Of a stretch of DNA of 64,000 nucleotides, positions 61,991 through 64,000 are shown piece after piece; the first letter of the stretch is position 1, and the number at the start of each line of letters is the position of its first letter. The DNA comes from an uncultured candidatus Porisulfidus sp. Lineage in GTDB: Bacteria; Pseudomonadota; Gammaproteobacteria; Poriferisulfidales; Poriferisulfidaceae. The notes beneath the pieces were generated by a model. The model did not search any database, was not told the DNA's origin, and worked only from the letters and a program-made list of their open reading frames with translations. The position numbers and the translations under genes were made by a program. The stretch covers positions 1,344,001 to 1,408,000 of the forward strand of contig OZ220480.1 of assembly GCA_965116025.1 (NCBI GenBank). The letters are read 5' to 3'.

Positions 61991-64000
61991 ATGCATTTTT
62001 CTGATACCGTCCGCGCCGCGCTTCGCGGGGTTGCGTCGTCTTCCCGCGTAGGGGGGGGGGGGGGGGGGGGGGGCATAGCCTCCGTTTCCTGACCGTTCTG
62101 GCCGGCTTCACGGCCTTTCTCTCCATTCCGCTGATTCCGCACTCCGCCATGGCGGCGGACACGGGAAACTGCGGCGCTCTTCCCAGCGGCTCGGGCGCCG
62201 CCGAGATCACCTGCAGCGACCCGACTTACACCAAGCCCGACGGCCCGCCGATCGGATACGAACTCGCTGGGTCGGGCCGGAGCGTGACGCTGACGGTCCA
62301 GCCTTCCGGGGCGGGCACGGTCACCATCACGTCCAGCGGAATACCCAGCGGCGCGAGCGACGCCCGGCCGGGGATCGTCCTGAGCGGGCCCGGCGCCCTG
62401 AAGAAAGTCGTTCTCGATGGGCGGGTTCGCATTGAGAGCGACGCGACCCGGAGGCTCGTGACGGGGCTGTCCACGACGGTGACGGTCACGCGCATCGGAA
62501 AGGCCTTTGATTCGAGGGACCGCGGGGCGGGGCTCAACCATGGCATCTACGTGAAGCACTTGGGAAGCGACGCCGACGCTCAGGCGAAGGACCGCGCCGA
62601 GGTGATGGTGGGAGCCGAGGCGCGGATCGGAACCGAGGACAAGCCGATGGGCGGGTACGGCGTGCTGGCGTACTTTCAGCATGACACGGACATTAGCGTG
62701 ACGAACGCGGGCGAGATTTACGGGACGTACGCGGGGATACTGGCGCATCGCTCGGGCGGGGGCGACACCGTGATCAAGACGGCGAAGGGCAGCGTGACCT
62801 CACAAGGGATCCGGGCGTCGGCGGGGAATCTCCAGGACGATCGTCTGGAACAGCGCTGGCTCAGAGATGTATGGATAGCCCCGGGCTCGTCCCCTGGAGG
62901 CGGTGACATCACGATCGTCCATGAGGGCGAGATCGTGGTCCGAACCGACCCGCTCCGCTATCTGACCACGACGACCCCGACGACGCTTAGCCATGTGGAA
63001 AATCGAAACTCGTACGCGCGCGCCGGGATTCACGTGCTTCACCAGGACAAGAGCGCTCCGGCCGCGGACGGGCAGGCCAGCAGCGAGATCTCGATCACGT
63101 CGAGCGGCGACATCGAGATCGTGACGGATCCGGGCGTCGCGCCACGGTGGGGAACGCGAGGCGTTCTAGTCATAACGAAAGGAGACGACGATTCGGTGGT
63201 TCCGGTGACGGTGGACGTGACGGGAGGGAGCCTCATGGGAGAGGGAAGGGGAGACGGCCACGCGATCCAGATTCACCATGAGCATAACGGGGGGCTGGTC
63301 AAGGTGGATCTGGCGGGCGCGATCACCCGGACGGGCGCGAAAGGAGATGGCGTTCAAGTGTATCGGCGGCGAGCCACCGGACCGGCGACTGCCGTGAAAC
63401 CCAGCGGCATCGAGGTGACGCTGAAGTCCGGGGCGCGGATCGGTATGGAGGCAGACGAGCCGACCGTGGGCCGGCATGGCGTGCTCGTCCGGCAGCAAAT
63501 CTACGGGGGAGCGATCCGGGTGGCCGTATCCGAGGGAGCGAGGATCGGGACCGTGGGGACTCCGGTTGGCGTGCACGGAGTGTTCGCTGATGTCGTGAAC
63601 GCTGGTGACGAGACTGACGTCATAGTCACCAACGAAGGCTTCATCCACGCGAAGGGATCGGGGGTGGTCGCTCTGCATCGCGGTGTGGGCGACGCGGTCG
63701 TGAAGCATCTGGCGGGGGAGATCGTCGCGGGCGACCTGCCCAACGATTTTTCCGAGTTCATAGCGGAACACAAGACGGAGCTGGCGGATCTGGAGTCCCG
63801 GAGCGCCGGTATCCTCGCCATTCATGGAGGCTCGGAGCCCCAGGCCGTTTCCGACGAGACGGCGGTCGCTTCTAGTGATCCCTCCACCTACGATGCCAAG
63901 ATCGGGAAGATCGAGATCATGTCGAAGGGGGACATCACGTCGAAGGGCGACGGGATTCTCGCCTATGTGAGAGATCTGGACAATACGGAGGATCGGGTCG
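61991..64000 (+). CDS. Large exported beta-rich adhesin/autotransporter-passenger-like protein; frameshifted at poly-G, runs off window
   Basis: Hand translation shows no stop from 62005 to the window end (>660 codons). Signal-peptide core RFLTVLAGFTAFLSIPLIPHSAMA|AD; Gly/Val/Thr/Ile-rich repeats. RBS-linked ATG 61991 is in another frame. Confidence 0.75.
62051..62073 (+). repeat. Homopolymer G23 tract
   Basis: 23 consecutive G read directly. Confidence 0.95.

Overview
GC-rich window, most likely from a sulfur-oxidising gammaproteobacterium. A host-associated or symbiotic lifestyle is inferred from gene content only. The housekeeping backbone is rplY-pth-ychF; tRNA-Leu-tig-clpP-clpX-lon-hupB-tRNA-Val-tRNA-Asp-ppiD; fabI with a peptide ABC transporter; urtABCDE-ureDABCEFG; sat; clpB; proS. 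Five accessory modules interrupt it. (1) An 11-gene ICE/plasmid-style type IVb-like pilus operon with no conjugation or integration genes, plus a CPBP protease flanked by two related GGTCAC-N6-GTGACC palindromes and two RTX-only proteins with an identical C-terminal 12-mer (3.3-16.2 kb). (2) A truncated Type ISP R-M gene plus a phd/vapC TA pair (26-28.3 kb). (3) A candidate Type II R-M pair (49.8-51.4 kb). (4) A putative eukaryote-like lipid-linked mannosylation pathway: manC, a Dol-P-Man-synthase/GtrA fusion, a TMTC-like GT-C/TPR protein and a PIG-B/ALG9-like GT22 (48.2-57.5 kb); this is my best candidate for an undescribed system. (5) A large surface-protein gene, absent from the ORF track because it runs off the window, whose start codon is put out of frame by a G23 tract (62 kb to end). 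All family calls come from motifs read by eye; no database searches were run.
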